Source of the DNA: Parachlamydiales bacterium
GTDB taxonomy: Bacteria; Chlamydiota; Chlamydiia; Chlamydiales; SM23-39
Length of the DNA stretch: 64,000 bases
Direction of reading: 5' to 3'
Assembly (NCBI GenBank): GCA_050302075.1
Contig: JBNLAH010000001.1
Coordinates: 12,136-76,135 of the forward strand
Shown: in pieces, positions 40,946-50,423 of the stretch
Layout of the letters: every line of letters begins with the position of its first letter
Position numbering within the stretch: position 1 is the stretch's first letter
The notes under the pieces: model-generated
Told to the model about the DNA's origin: nothing
Database searches by the model: none
The model's input: the letters and a program-made list of their open reading frames with translations, nothing else
Translations under genes and position numbers: made by a program

Positions 40946-43192
40946 ATGCTACAGTTTTTTCGCAAGTACCAACGTGTTTTTTTCTTAATTATAACTTTTG
41001 TAATTATCATATCTTTTTCATTCTTTGGAACCCAAGTAAATGCACCTACAAAAGAAATAAAAGATAAAAAAATTTCACAGACAATTTATGGAAAACCAGT
41101 TACTTATAGACAAGTTCAGCTGCTTTCTAATTTTCTCGACTCTAAGTGGGACGATCAAACAAATCCTAATCTATTTAATGACGATGTCTTGGTGAATGAT
41201 ATTTTTAAGCCTGGCTATGCAGAAAAACTTGTGACAGTTTATTTTGATATGCTTAAAGAAGGACTTGAAAAAAGTTATTTAAAAGCTAAGGGTTATAAAA
41301 CATATGTACATCCTAAACATGACTTTTTAAGTGTGGAAAATATTTGGAGCCAGTTCTTCCCTAAAATGAAAGAAGATTATAGTGAATTTTTAAAACATAA
41401 TAAATTTTCTGTTGAAGTTTTTAAGGATATGGCCAACTTATTCGTCAATGAAAGCTCATTCCCTCCGTATTTATTGAAATCTATTTTGCTAAACACTGAA
41501 AAGAAACAATCTTGGATAGAGCCAGATAGTTCATTACTTCATAGAAACTTTGCTTTGTTTGGTTTTAAAGCTCCTTCAGAATGGTTTGGAAAACCCTTTT
41601 TGGAACTAGTTGCTCAGTTTATTTTAAATGCTAGCAGTCAGGCAAATGAAAAAGGTTTCAAGGTATCTTATGAAGAAGCTAAAATCGACTTGCACAAGAA
41701 TCTAATAAGCTCTTTAAAAAAAAGAAAAGAGTTTGACGAGAAAACAATAGGAAGCTTTTTGGCATATCAGCTTAACCGCCTAGGTATGTCAGAAACTGAG
41801 GCTGTTAATTTATGGAGTCATGTCTTATCTTTTCGCAAGTATTTCCAGTCGATTTCTGACAGCGTTATCTTAGATTTAGAAATTTGGCCATTTAAAGTTA
41901 CAAAGTCAAGCATTACAAGTTACCAATTGCCAGATTACTTAAAGTTCAACACATTTATCGACGCATTAAAGCTAGATCTTTATATTTCAGCGGTGTCTGA
42001 CAAAAAATCTCTTACTAATACACTGAGTTTGCCTCAAAAATATTTAAGCACTGCTGATGTAAAATCTGCTTATCCAGAGCTTGTAGAATCAAAATTCAAA
42101 ATTGCAGTTAAAGAAATTTCAGAAGAGAAGCTAAAATCAAAGATTGCAATCAAAGATATTTGGAGATGGCAACTTAAAGATGAAAATTGGTCTAAATTGA
42201 AAGATAAGTTCTCTTTTATAAACGTTGACATAGTAACTCAAGATGCCAGATTTGAAAAGCTCAAAGAGCTTACTCCTGATAAACAGAATTTAGTTGATGA
42301 TTTTGCCAGAGATGAAATTATCAAAGAGGATCCAAGTATATTGATAGATTCTTTTAGCTCTGTGAAAGAACATGAGATGTTAGTTGGAATTTCCAAAAAT
42401 AGATTAACAAAAGATCTTATTGGAATTGATAGCCCTGCTAATTTAAAAAAGTTTCTCCTAAGTTGCTCTTGTGATGTATTTTCTAAGCCATACTCTGACA
42501 ATAAAAAAGCTTACTATCAGTTTAAAGTTCTTGAAGGTAGCGATAAAGAAGAAATAATGACTTTTGAAAGAGCTATTCAAACTAAATCTATTGATATTGC
42601 CTTAGAAAGGTTTTTAGAGGAAAAGTATCCAGTTATCCGAAAAAGCGACCCAAATAGATTTAAAGATAATGAAGGGAATTTTAAACCTTTTAATCAGGTT
42701 TTAGATGATGTCGGGCTTGTTGTATTTCAAAAAACATATGATGAGATAGTTGACAAATATTCTAAATATCATGAAAAACAGCAACCTACGCTTAATTTCT
42801 TTGCTGCAGCGAGACTTTTATCTCATTTAGAGAAAGCATATTTAAATAAAGATAGCGGCTTGGAAAAATTTGTTAGTGAAACAGCAAACTTGAGCTCATC
42901 GCTTAATGATCAGTGGAAATTAATTAAGAAAGACGAAGATCTTCACAGTAGCGACATAAAAGAGGGGTTCATTACTTCTGCATTTGAGTTAGAGGAGAAG
43001 AAATATTCAGAAATAGGTATACATGAAAATTCCCCACTATTTTTTTATATCAATAGTAAGAAAAGTGTAACTGACCAGGAAGCTATAGAGAATAAAAAAA
43101 GAGGTATCTCAGCTGAGCTAAAAGAAAACCTAGCAAAAAGGATCATAGATGAGATGCACTCAAAAGAAGTAGTTTGTTTTTTAGGCGAATAA
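40946..43192 (+). CDS. PpiD/SurA-N-like membrane-anchored periplasmic chaperone
   Basis: PpiD-type N-terminus MLQFFRKYQRVFFLIITFVIIISFSFFG and a long helical body. The C-terminal EGFITSAFELEEKKYSEIGIHENSPLFFYI resembles the degenerate parvulin/chaperone end. ATG 40946 (AAAGAGGA Shine-Dalgarno) is preferred over the track start 40919, which overlaps proS. Confidence 0.55.
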   Translation: MLQFFRKYQRVFFLIITFVIIISFSFFGTQVNAPTKEIKDKKISQTIYGKPVTYRQVQLLSNFLDSKWDDQTNPNLFNDDVLVNDIFKPGYAEKLVTVYFDMLKEGLEKSYLKAKGYKTYVHPKHDFLSVENIWSQFFPKMKEDYSEFLKHNKFSVEVFKDMANLFVNESSFPPYLLKSILLNTEKKQSWIEPDSSLLHRNFALFGFKAPSEWFGKPFLELVAQFILNASSQANEKGFKVSYEEAKIDLHKNLISSLKKRKEFDEKTIGSFLAYQLNRLGMSETEAVNLWSHVLSFRKYFQSISDSVILDLEIWPFKVTKSSITSYQLPDYLKFNTFIDALKLDLYISAVSDKKSLTNTLSLPQKYLSTADVKSAYPELVESKFKIAVKEISEEKLKSKIAIKDIWRWQLKDENWSKLKDKFSFINVDIVTQDARFEKLKELTPDKQNLVDDFARDEIIKEDPSILIDSFSSVKEHEMLVGISKNRLTKDLIGIDSPANLKKFLLSCSCDVFSKPYSDNKKAYYQFKVLEGSDKEEIMTFERAIQTKSIDIALERFLEEKYPVIRKSDPNRFKDNEGNFKPFNQVLDDVGLVVFQKTYDEIVDKYSKYHEKQQPTLNFFAAARLLSHLEKAYLNKDSGLEKFVSETANLSSSLNDQWKLIKKDEDLHSSDIKEGFITSAFELEEKKYSEIGIHENSPLFFYINSKKSVTDQEAIENKKRGISAELKENLAKRIIDEMHSKEVVCFLGE

Positions 43193-43825
43193 ATGTTTGA
43201 AGAAGTACCATCGTTATCAGTCTTCTCTTTTTTTAATATTAAAACAGATCTTTTTTATGCAAAAAAAGCATTAGAAGTGACTGATAAAAAATACTTACTT
43301 ATTTCAAGCGCGCCTTTCTTGTCTGAAGAAAAATTCTGCGATGTATATATGGGATATAACCACCATGCTATTTATTTTCACGTTAGGATTGATAAACCTT
43401 TTGAAGAAGTAAATAGCGCAGATTTCCAAAAAGGGGATTCAGTGGAGTTTTTTATTGATACTAGAGACATCAAAGATAAAACAATCGTTTCACAGTTTTG
43501 TCACCATTTTGTTTTTTTTGCAGAAGCTATAAATGGGATTTTAGGAAAAGAAATTACACGCTTCAGAACAGATGAGGTTCATCCACTATGCAATCCCAAA
43601 GATTTGAAAGTAACTACACATTTTTCTAAAAAGAGCTATATTCTAGATATAGAGATTAAATCAGGGGCTTTATTTGCTTACGATCCAAGTAGTTTTGACC
43701 GACTGGGATTTACGTATAGAATTAATAGAAAAGGTGGAGCTCCTCAGCATTTTGCTCTCAGTTCATCAGAATACAAAATAGAGCAACAACCATCTCTTTG
43801 GGCAAGCCTTGCCTTTCGCAAATAA
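43193..43825 (+). CDS. hypothetical protein, possibly a CBM9/DOMON-like beta-sandwich
   Basis: The start abuts the stop of the upstream gene (TAA-ATG). The pattern YMGYNHHAIYFHVRIDKPFEE...GDSVEFFIDTRD recalls CBM9-like domains. This is a weak call. Confidence 0.35.
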   Translation: MFEEVPSLSVFSFFNIKTDLFYAKKALEVTDKKYLLISSAPFLSEEKFCDVYMGYNHHAIYFHVRIDKPFEEVNSADFQKGDSVEFFIDTRDIKDKTIVSQFCHHFVFFAEAINGILGKEITRFRTDEVHPLCNPKDLKVTTHFSKKSYILDIEIKSGALFAYDPSSFDRLGFTYRINRKGGAPQHFALSSSEYKIEQQPSLWASLAFRK

Positions 43826-45189
43826 TCTGAGTATCCACAAATTAATCCTGAAATTCCGAAAAACATTATCTTTCCTTTTTGCATCATAAGATAGTAATAA
43901 TCAAACATACCAATCAATAAGTACCCAATTAATATAACTATTAGAGTCAACATCAAATCATCCTTCTGATTTTTTATCTTAATAATTACTGAAAACAAAA
44001 ATGCTAAAAAAAATAAAAGACCTGGTATACCCACCTCAGCTGCAATTAATAAATAAATATTATGAATTGTTGCTGTGACTTTGAATTTCTCATTTTTTAA
44101 TTTAAAGTGTTCAGCATTTTTAATGAAATGATCAAAGCCAATACCTAAAAAATAATGTTCTTTGATAATTCGAAAGGCAAGGCGGTTGCAACTTATTCTT
44201 TCATTATTCGATCCTTTTGAAAAGTTATTTTCTATAGAAAAACTGCCTCTTTTATTATGGACAGGATAAAAAATAACAACATTAGCTAGAAAAAAAACTA
44301 ATAAAGCAATTAGATGGAGTACCTTTGAGCGTAAATTAATTTCCTTCATAAAAGCAACTAATGCAAAAGTTGATAAAAGAGTCGCTGCGATACCAGCTCT
44401 TGAAAAGGTCAAAAAAAGAGCGGTTATTTGTAGAATAATTAGCACACTAAAAACTGACTTATAAAATATGTTTTTCTTAGTCCAGAAGAACAAGCTACCT
44501 AAAATAGAAGTCATAAAAAAACTAGATAAGATATTCGGATGAGAGAATGATCCATATGCTCGAAAAAGCCTGACGCTATCTGTTCTGAAGTAGTCAAATA
44601 ACCATTTTTTACCATCATAAGAGGGGATTCGTGAGCACATTTCAATATTATTTAAGAACTTTGGTTCACCAAGTTTATATAAGCCGAAAGGCTTTTGTAA
44701 GAAATACTGATAAATTGCAAGAGTTGATTCTAAAAGTGCAATAATGCAGATTGCAAGTAAAACCCTTTTAACTAGAACTTCACTTGACACGGTAGTTAAT
44801 AAAATAAAAAGCAAAAAGGCAAAAAAAAGAGAACTCACTCTTGATAGTCTTGATAAATCTTTTTCATATGGTGTGCAAAAGATGGAAATCAAGGCAAGAG
44901 TTAAAAAAAAGAACAAAAATATAACTTCTTGCCTTAGTAACAGAGATTTAAGGCTTTTTACATAAAAGAGTGCTAATAGAAACCCTGAAAAAATTAAAAC
45001 GTCTGTTAAATAAAATGGATAATCATGTGACAAACCGTTAGGAAGTGAAGCTATAGGAGAGAATAATTTAAACACAGCATGGTAAAGTCTATGTTCGAAA
45101 GTCTTGTACTCTAAGCAAAAATACAGAAAAACAAAATAGATTAGAGACTTTGTAATAAATTGGATATCTAGGCTTTTTATTTTTATCAT
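43744..45189 (-). CDS. O-antigen ligase family (Wzy_C/WaaL-like) polytopic membrane protein
   Basis: About 11 TM segments, FSRAGIAATLL, and the family hallmark HNIYLLIAAEVGIPGLLFF. The 3' end overlaps the convergent ORF 43193-43825 by 82 nt. Confidence 0.7.
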   Translation of the reverse strand: MIKIKSLDIQFITKSLIYFVFLYFCLEYKTFEHRLYHAVFKLFSPIASLPNGLSHDYPFYLTDVLIFSGFLLALFYVKSLKSLLLRQEVIFLFFFLTLALISIFCTPYEKDLSRLSRVSSLFFAFLLFILLTTVSSEVLVKRVLLAICIIALLESTLAIYQYFLQKPFGLYKLGEPKFLNNIEMCSRIPSYDGKKWLFDYFRTDSVRLFRAYGSFSHPNILSSFFMTSILGSLFFWTKKNIFYKSVFSVLIILQITALFLTFSRAGIAATLLSTFALVAFMKEINLRSKVLHLIALLVFFLANVVIFYPVHNKRGSFSIENNFSKGSNNERISCNRLAFRIIKEHYFLGIGFDHFIKNAEHFKLKNEKFKVTATIHNIYLLIAAEVGIPGLLFFLAFLFSVIIKIKNQKDDLMLTLIVILIGYLLIGMFDYYYLMMQKGKIMFFGISGLICGYSDYLRKARLAQRDGCCSILYSDELRAKC

Positions 45190-45277
45190 AATTAATGCAG
45201 CAGTGAAAAATTTTTATTTGTAACAAAGCCAATAGAAGGGCCTTTTAGTAGATTATAGGTTTTACAAAAACGTATTA

Positions 45278-45691
45278 CTATCTAAAATCATATCCTTTAA
45301 GTGTCTGAAAAATAGAGCTTAAAACAGCCTTAAGTTCTTCTTCAGCATCTTGAAGTTCTTTAAAATATTCGAATTGCTTAGCACCACTTCGCTCCTCAGG
45401 TTTCTTTTTATATGAACGCAAAAGGTGTTTTGCACTTTGCTCAAATGAATGAATACATCCTTTGATTTCATTAAAGAAGTTAGGGTCTAATTCTTTCAGT
45501 TTGTCAAGATCAGCATTCAAATCAAGCTGTAAGTTAACTAGATCTAGGTCCATTTTTTTTGGATTCAAAAGATATTCAGCTGAAGCTTTTCTTGCTTCAT
45601 TTGAAAACGTCTTATAAAGGTTCTCACATGTGTTTTCGATGTGATTAAAAATTAGCTTAATTTCTTTTTCAGAGTAGGGAAATACCATCAA
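45278..45691 (-). CDS. hypothetical small all-helical protein
   Basis: A 137-aa ORF with no motif recognised. Charged and helical (LDLNADLDKLKELDPNFFNEIKG...). Confidence 0.4.
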   Translation of the reverse strand: MMVFPYSEKEIKLIFNHIENTCENLYKTFSNEARKASAEYLLNPKKMDLDLVNLQLDLNADLDKLKELDPNFFNEIKGCIHSFEQSAKHLLRSYKKKPEERSGAKQFEYFKELQDAEEELKAVLSSIFQTLKGYDFR

Positions 45692-45782
45692 TTTTGTCTC
45701 CTTATTAGAAGGGATAATATTTTTTTTACTTTACGTCAATTTTTCTTATATCATATTAGAAAAATATATAAGGAGGATTTAT

Positions 45783-45920
45783 ATGAACTCATTAATACCA
45801 TCAATCATCACTATTATTGCAGGACTTGCGATTTTAATTTTTCCAAGGCTTTTAAGCTATATCGTAGCGTTTTATTTAATTATTGTAGGAATTTTGGAGC
45901 TGGTAACTAGACTGAGCTAG
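45783..45920 (+). CDS. small 2-TM membrane protein (DUF3096-like), not in the ORF track
   Basis: AAGGAGGA Shine-Dalgarno 4 nt before the ATG. MNSLIPSIITIIAGLAILIFPRLLSYIVAFYLIIVGILELVTRLS* matches the pattern I recall for DUF3096 peptides (...aGilILifPrll.yivA.yLIivGil.l). Confidence 0.6.
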   Translation: MNSLIPSIITIIAGLAILIFPRLLSYIVAFYLIIVGILELVTRLS

Positions 45921-47515
45921 TGATGCTTTCTTTTTTCTTCGGTAGTTTTTATTTGTTCTTTAAGCTTTGGAAAATTTGCAATTAAAGCGCCAAAGTCACT
46001 TTTTCTGATAGCTAAGATATCAGCAGGATCTATGCATTTGACTGTGGCGTTTCTTCTTTTTTCATTCAAAAGAGACATCTCTCCAAAGAATTCTCCTTCC
46101 CCTAAAAATGTTACGTGAACATCTTCTTCTAGTTTTTTCTTCAGTATTTCTACTTTTCCTTTAACAATAATATAAAGATAGTCACCAACATCACCTTCGT
46201 TGAAAATAATATCGCCCGGTTCAAAATGAAGAGAGTTAATTCCTTGAGAGGGTGATAACTTTAGCTGCACCGCTTCTATTGGAATAATCATATCTAGAAA
46301 CCAAGACAAAGCAACTTTAATTTTTCTATCGAATCCTGGGAGTTTAATCCAATAGATGACACGCCACATTAACCAAGCAAGAAAGCCTGATACTTTTAAA
46401 AATCCAAATAGTTCAGCTACAGCGCTATGGTGCCCTAAAGCCCCAAGCATCCCTAAGCTTTTAAAGCAGAACTTGTTTTTTGTTTTACCTTTAATTTCAG
46501 CTACAATGTTTTTTGCTAAAGTTTTTGCCTCTCTAATTGCAAACTGAGCAGTGGGAGGGCATATGCTACCTGTCTCTACATCAGGGATATGAGCGCAGTC
46601 ACCAATTGCCCAAATATTATTAGTTCCTTGGACTTGCAGTGTTGGCTCAGTAATGATTTTTCCCTTTTCTTGTGGCAAGTTGAGAGCTTCAATTAAAGGA
46701 TTAGGTGAAGATGGGACAGTGGATATAATGGTTTTGCTTTTTATTCTTGTCCCATCATCTAATAAAGCACCCTCAGGAGTGGCTGTTGCAAGCCTTTTAT
46801 TAAAGATAATATTCAACCCTCTTTTTTGTAGGATTTTTCCAGCATAAATGCTTAAGCTTTCGCTAAGCTCCTTTTCAAGTAAGCGTTCTTTGCTGTGAAC
46901 TAAGTATACTTTGATATCTTTTTTGTCGATGGTTGGAAATTTTTTTGCAAGGTTGTACACCAGGTCATTTATCTCGGCTGCAATTTCTGTTCCTGAAAAA
47001 CCTCCTCCTGCAATTAAGTATGTTAAAAGAGATTTTTTTAGTATGGGATCTTCTTCAATAGATGCGGCTTCTATTGTATCTATGATATGATTTCTGATCC
47101 TAAGTGCATCGGATAAGTTTTTAAAAGGAAGGGCGTGCTCGTGGAGTCCTGGTGTCTTCCTGAAGTCAGTGACATTTCCAAGGCCAATTATCAGATGATC
47201 ATATTTAACGATGAGTGATTTGTGAGAAAACTGAGGATAAAGCTGGATTAGTTGCTTGTTTAAATCAATGGATTCAATGTCCTTTATATATAAAGTAGTT
47301 CTAGGAAGTCTTTTCCTTAGAGAGCTTACTGTGTCTATGATTCCAACAGAACCTCCAACTACCTCAGCTAACATTGGCTGATAAACAAAATAATTTTCGC
47401 GGTTGATTAGTACAATTTCATAATCGGGAATTTTACGGAGGTAGCTTTCTAAATAAGATGCTGTATAAACTCCACCAAATCCACCACCTAGGATTACTAT
47501 TTTCTTTTTGCTCAT
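45917..47515 (-). CDS. ndh: type II NADH dehydrogenase (NDH-2) with a C-terminal cyclic-nucleotide-binding domain
   Basis: Two dinucleotide folds (KIVILGGGFGGVYTA and YLIAGGGFSGTEIAAE), IWAIGDCA, and a membrane-anchoring helix region (GFLAWLMWRVIYWIKLPGF). Residues of about 425-515 form a CAP-family cNMP domain (FEPGDIIFNEGDVGDYLYIIVKGKVEI...FFGEMSLLNEKRRNATVKC). Confidence 0.85.
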   Translation of the reverse strand: MSKKKIVILGGGFGGVYTASYLESYLRKIPDYEIVLINRENYFVYQPMLAEVVGGSVGIIDTVSSLRKRLPRTTLYIKDIESIDLNKQLIQLYPQFSHKSLIVKYDHLIIGLGNVTDFRKTPGLHEHALPFKNLSDALRIRNHIIDTIEAASIEEDPILKKSLLTYLIAGGGFSGTEIAAEINDLVYNLAKKFPTIDKKDIKVYLVHSKERLLEKELSESLSIYAGKILQKRGLNIIFNKRLATATPEGALLDDGTRIKSKTIISTVPSSPNPLIEALNLPQEKGKIITEPTLQVQGTNNIWAIGDCAHIPDVETGSICPPTAQFAIREAKTLAKNIVAEIKGKTKNKFCFKSLGMLGALGHHSAVAELFGFLKVSGFLAWLMWRVIYWIKLPGFDRKIKVALSWFLDMIIPIEAVQLKLSPSQGINSLHFEPGDIIFNEGDVGDYLYIIVKGKVEILKKKLEEDVHVTFLGEGEFFGEMSLLNEKRRNATVKCIDPADILAIRKSDFGALIANFPKLKEQIKTTEEKRKHH

Positions 47516-47590
47516 ATCTTCTTTTTAAATAACTAGACATTTTTTTTCATCGAAAATTGATAATAAAATCATTATTCAGTAGATTCCGAA

Positions 47591-48208
47591 ATGGAGAGGA
47601 AATTAATGAAAGAAGGATCTGTGCAAATAAAAAAGTTTCAAAAATTAAATCGCGAATACACACCTTTTTCTTACTTTGGTAATCGCAAAGAAGAAGAGGA
47701 GTTCCAAAAGTATTGGAAAAGATATTCTAAGCGAATGATAGAAAATCAAGCTGAAAGCTTGGTAAAAAAAATGAAAAAGTTATTTTCAGAAATCAAAAAA
47801 AACGGAAATGACGATAGATATGTAGAAAACTTAATTATTAAAAAAGTGAGTGATGTTAAAGGGTTTGGAGTTTTCGCCAAGGATAAAATCCCTAAAAACA
47901 CAATTATAACACATTATGCTGGTATAATTAGAAAAGATGTTGGTTCTTGGGGTAAAAACAACCGCTATGTATTTGGTTTCACCGGTACGAAAAAATTGGA
48001 GGACTGGGTCATTGATGCGGAAAAAGTATGTAATCTAGCATCCTTCATGAACCATTCAAGTCACCCAAATGTTGAAGCCGTAGAATACTATGAAGAAGAT
48101 GGCCCTAAAGTCGTCTTTAAAACAATAGCTGAAGTATCTCCAAATGAGGAATTAGTCTACGATTATGGTAAAGAATATTGGGAAGGCCTTAAGGAAGAAC
48201 CGGAGTAA
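47591..48208 (+). CDS. SET-domain protein lysine methyltransferase
   Basis: GFGVFAKDKIPKNTIITHYAGII, NHSSHPNVEAV and EELVYDYG are the canonical SET motifs. Confidence 0.85.
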   Translation: MERKLMKEGSVQIKKFQKLNREYTPFSYFGNRKEEEEFQKYWKRYSKRMIENQAESLVKKMKKLFSEIKKNGNDDRYVENLIIKKVSDVKGFGVFAKDKIPKNTIITHYAGIIRKDVGSWGKNNRYVFGFTGTKKLEDWVIDAEKVCNLASFMNHSSHPNVEAVEYYEEDGPKVVFKTIAEVSPNEELVYDYGKEYWEGLKEEPE

Positions 48209-48210
48209 CT

Positions 48211-48675
48211 ATGCTTAATTTTGTAGCAGTCCGTCATGGAGAGGCCAATGAAATTGGATTCTTCAATAAGAAAAAGAACTTATCATCTCATGGAATAGAA
48301 CAAGTTAGGAACACTGCAAACCTTTTAAAAGGCAACGACCTATTTCCGAGCATAATCTATACTTCGCCTAAGCTTAGAGCAGTCGAGACAGCCGATATTC
48401 TTCAAGAGGTATTAGCTGGAAATATTTTTGAAGAAAATGCCTTATGCGAGCCGTTTGACTCAAATAAGTTATTAGATATTTTAGCAGACTATTCTAATGA
48501 TAAAAGCACTGTTTTCTTTGTCGGACATGCTCCTACTCTTGCAGAATTCGTCAATGATCTTGTTGGTAAAAATGTTTTAGAAAAAGGATTACCTAAAGGT
48601 AGCGCAGCTCTAGTCACTTTTAAGAGCTCTGTAGAGTTCGGAAAAGGGATTTTTCAAAAATTGTTCCAAAAATAA
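48211..48675 (+). CDS. sixA: phosphohistidine phosphatase SixA
   Basis: Histidine-phosphatase RHG motif (AVRHGEA), a second His (FFVGHAPTL), and small size (154 aa). Starts 2 nt after the SET gene. Confidence 0.75.
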   Translation: MLNFVAVRHGEANEIGFFNKKKNLSSHGIEQVRNTANLLKGNDLFPSIIYTSPKLRAVETADILQEVLAGNIFEENALCEPFDSNKLLDILADYSNDKSTVFFVGHAPTLAEFVNDLVGKNVLEKGLPKGSAALVTFKSSVEFGKGIFQKLFQK

Positions 48676-48732
48676 CTACCAATAAAATTTTACTTTCGTC
48701 CAAAATATAGCTAATTTTAAATAGGTTTAGTT

Positions 48733-49092
48733 ATGAGATTTACGGAGTCCCATGAGTGGATTAATTTAAATGATAATGTTGGCTTTGTTGGAATTACAGA
48801 TTTTGCAAGAAATGAATTAGGCGAGATTGTTTATATTGAGCTTCCAAAAATAGGAGATGAGGTTAACGCTGGAGACGAAGTATGTGTATTGGAGTCAACA
48901 AAAGCTGCATCTGATGTATATAGTCCAGTTAGTGGAAAAATTATTGAGGTTAATGAAGCTTTGCTAAAGCAAGTAGATATTATTAATGAGTCAGCAGAGG
49001 ATAAAGGATGGCTTTTTAAGATCGAGCTCTCAAATCCCAGAGAAGTAAAAGGACTGCTTGATCTGAATGAATATACTAATCTAATTGACTAA
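48733..49092 (+). CDS. gcvH: glycine cleavage system H protein / lipoyl carrier
   Basis: SHEWI, and the lipoyl-lysine motif VLESTKAASDVYSPVSGKI. Confidence 0.92.
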   Translation: MRFTESHEWINLNDNVGFVGITDFARNELGEIVYIELPKIGDEVNAGDEVCVLESTKAASDVYSPVSGKIIEVNEALLKQVDIINESAEDKGWLFKIELSNPREVKGLLDLNEYTNLID

Positions 49093-49793
49093 GGCTGTCC
49101 GCCCAAATCCTCTAAAGATTCACTTGGTGGAAAATCGCTTTCTAATTGATCTAGGTTTATTCCAGTTAAAGCCAAAAAGCCGATAGCCATTAATCCAGTT
49201 GTAATAAAAGTAATTCCCATCCCTTTTAGTTTTGGAACAATATCCGCATATTTTAGCTTTTCTCTAATGGAAGCAATTAGTGCAATTGCCAGCCACCAAC
49301 CTATCCCTGAACCAAATACATATACAATATTTGCAACAAATGGATAGTTTCTAGTAGTTGCAAATAAAGAAGCTCCTAAAATTGCACAATTTACTGTAAT
49401 TAAAGGGAGGTAAACACCCAAAGCGGTGTATAAAGCCGGGGAGAATTTATCAATCACTATTTCAAGGACTTGCACAAATGCCGCAATTACTGAAATATAG
49501 ATCAAAAGTTCTAGAAAATTTAAGTTTACCCCCTGGGCATTTATTCCTAAATACGATAACCAGCTAAGGGCATTAGGGCCAGTGATAAAATGATTTACAA
49601 ACCAGTTCAAGATTCCTGATATTGTTATAACAAAAGTTACAGCTTTCCCAAGTCCATTAGCTGTGGACATCTTATTAGAACAAGCAAGATATGAGCACAT
49701 TCCAAGAAAGTAAAAAAGTAAGATATTTTGGACAAAGATGGACTGGATGAGCAATCCAATTAAATTCATAAATGAGTAATTTCCTATCCACAT
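49089..49793 (-). CDS. nqrE: Na+-NQR subunit E
   Basis: QNILLFYFLGMCSYLACSNKMSTANGLGKAVTFV matches the NqrE/RnfA signature. Six TM segments. Confidence 0.9.
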   Translation of the reverse strand: MWIGNYSFMNLIGLLIQSIFVQNILLFYFLGMCSYLACSNKMSTANGLGKAVTFVITISGILNWFVNHFITGPNALSWLSYLGINAQGVNLNFLELLIYISVIAAFVQVLEIVIDKFSPALYTALGVYLPLITVNCAILGASLFATTRNYPFVANIVYVFGSGIGWWLAIALIASIREKLKYADIVPKLKGMGITFITTGLMAIGFLALTGINLDQLESDFPPSESLEDLGGQP

Positions 49794-49796
49794 AAA

Positions 49797-50423
49797 CTAT
49801 AACCTTTTTTCATTAATGATATTAGCAATCCATATGAACCCGCCTAAAATAAAAAACGCAGCGGGAGCCAATGGCATAAGACCAAAGTTTACGTACCCAC
49901 CTGGATTTTCAGCTGTTGCATACCAGCTTAATGGAATAATTTGAAAACCGAAAAAAGACCCAAATCCAAATATTTCTCGAATAGCTCCAACAGCTATAAT
50001 CACATAACCATAACCGAGTCCTGCAGAAAGGCCATCTAGAAAAGCTGGAATTGGTGAGACATTTTTAGCCATGCTTTCAGCTCTTCCCATTACTAGACAG
50101 TTTGTAATGATCAATCCTACAAAGACGGACAAAACTTTAGACATTTCATAAAAAAATGCCTTAAGAAATTGATCAACAATGATTACAAATAAAGAAATTA
50201 TCGCAAGCTGGGCAATCATTCGGACATTGTCTGGAGTGATTTTTCTAATTAAAGAAACAAAAAAACTAGAAAAAGCTGTTACAAATGAAACGGCTAAAGC
50301 CATAGTTAATGCAACTTGCACTTTGACAGTAACAGCCAAAGCCGAGCAAATTCCTAAAATTGCTACCAATATCTGGTTGTTCCTCCACAGAGGATCTAAA
50401 AAAAAGGAGCGGTATTTTTTCAT
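49797..50423 (-). CDS. nqrD: Na+-NQR subunit D
   Basis: [22 protein letters not shown] matches the NqrD/RnfE signature. Confidence 0.9.
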   Translation of the reverse strand: MKKYRSFFLDPLWRNNQILVAILGICSALAVTVKVQVALTMALAVSFVTAFSSFFVSLIRKITPDNVRMIAQLAIISLFVIIVDQFLKAFFYEMSKVLSVFVGLIITNCLVMGRAESMAKNVSPIPAFLDGLSAGLGYGYVIIAVGAIREIFGFGSFFGFQIIPLSWYATAENPGGYVNFGLMPLAPAAFFILGGFIWIANIINEKRL

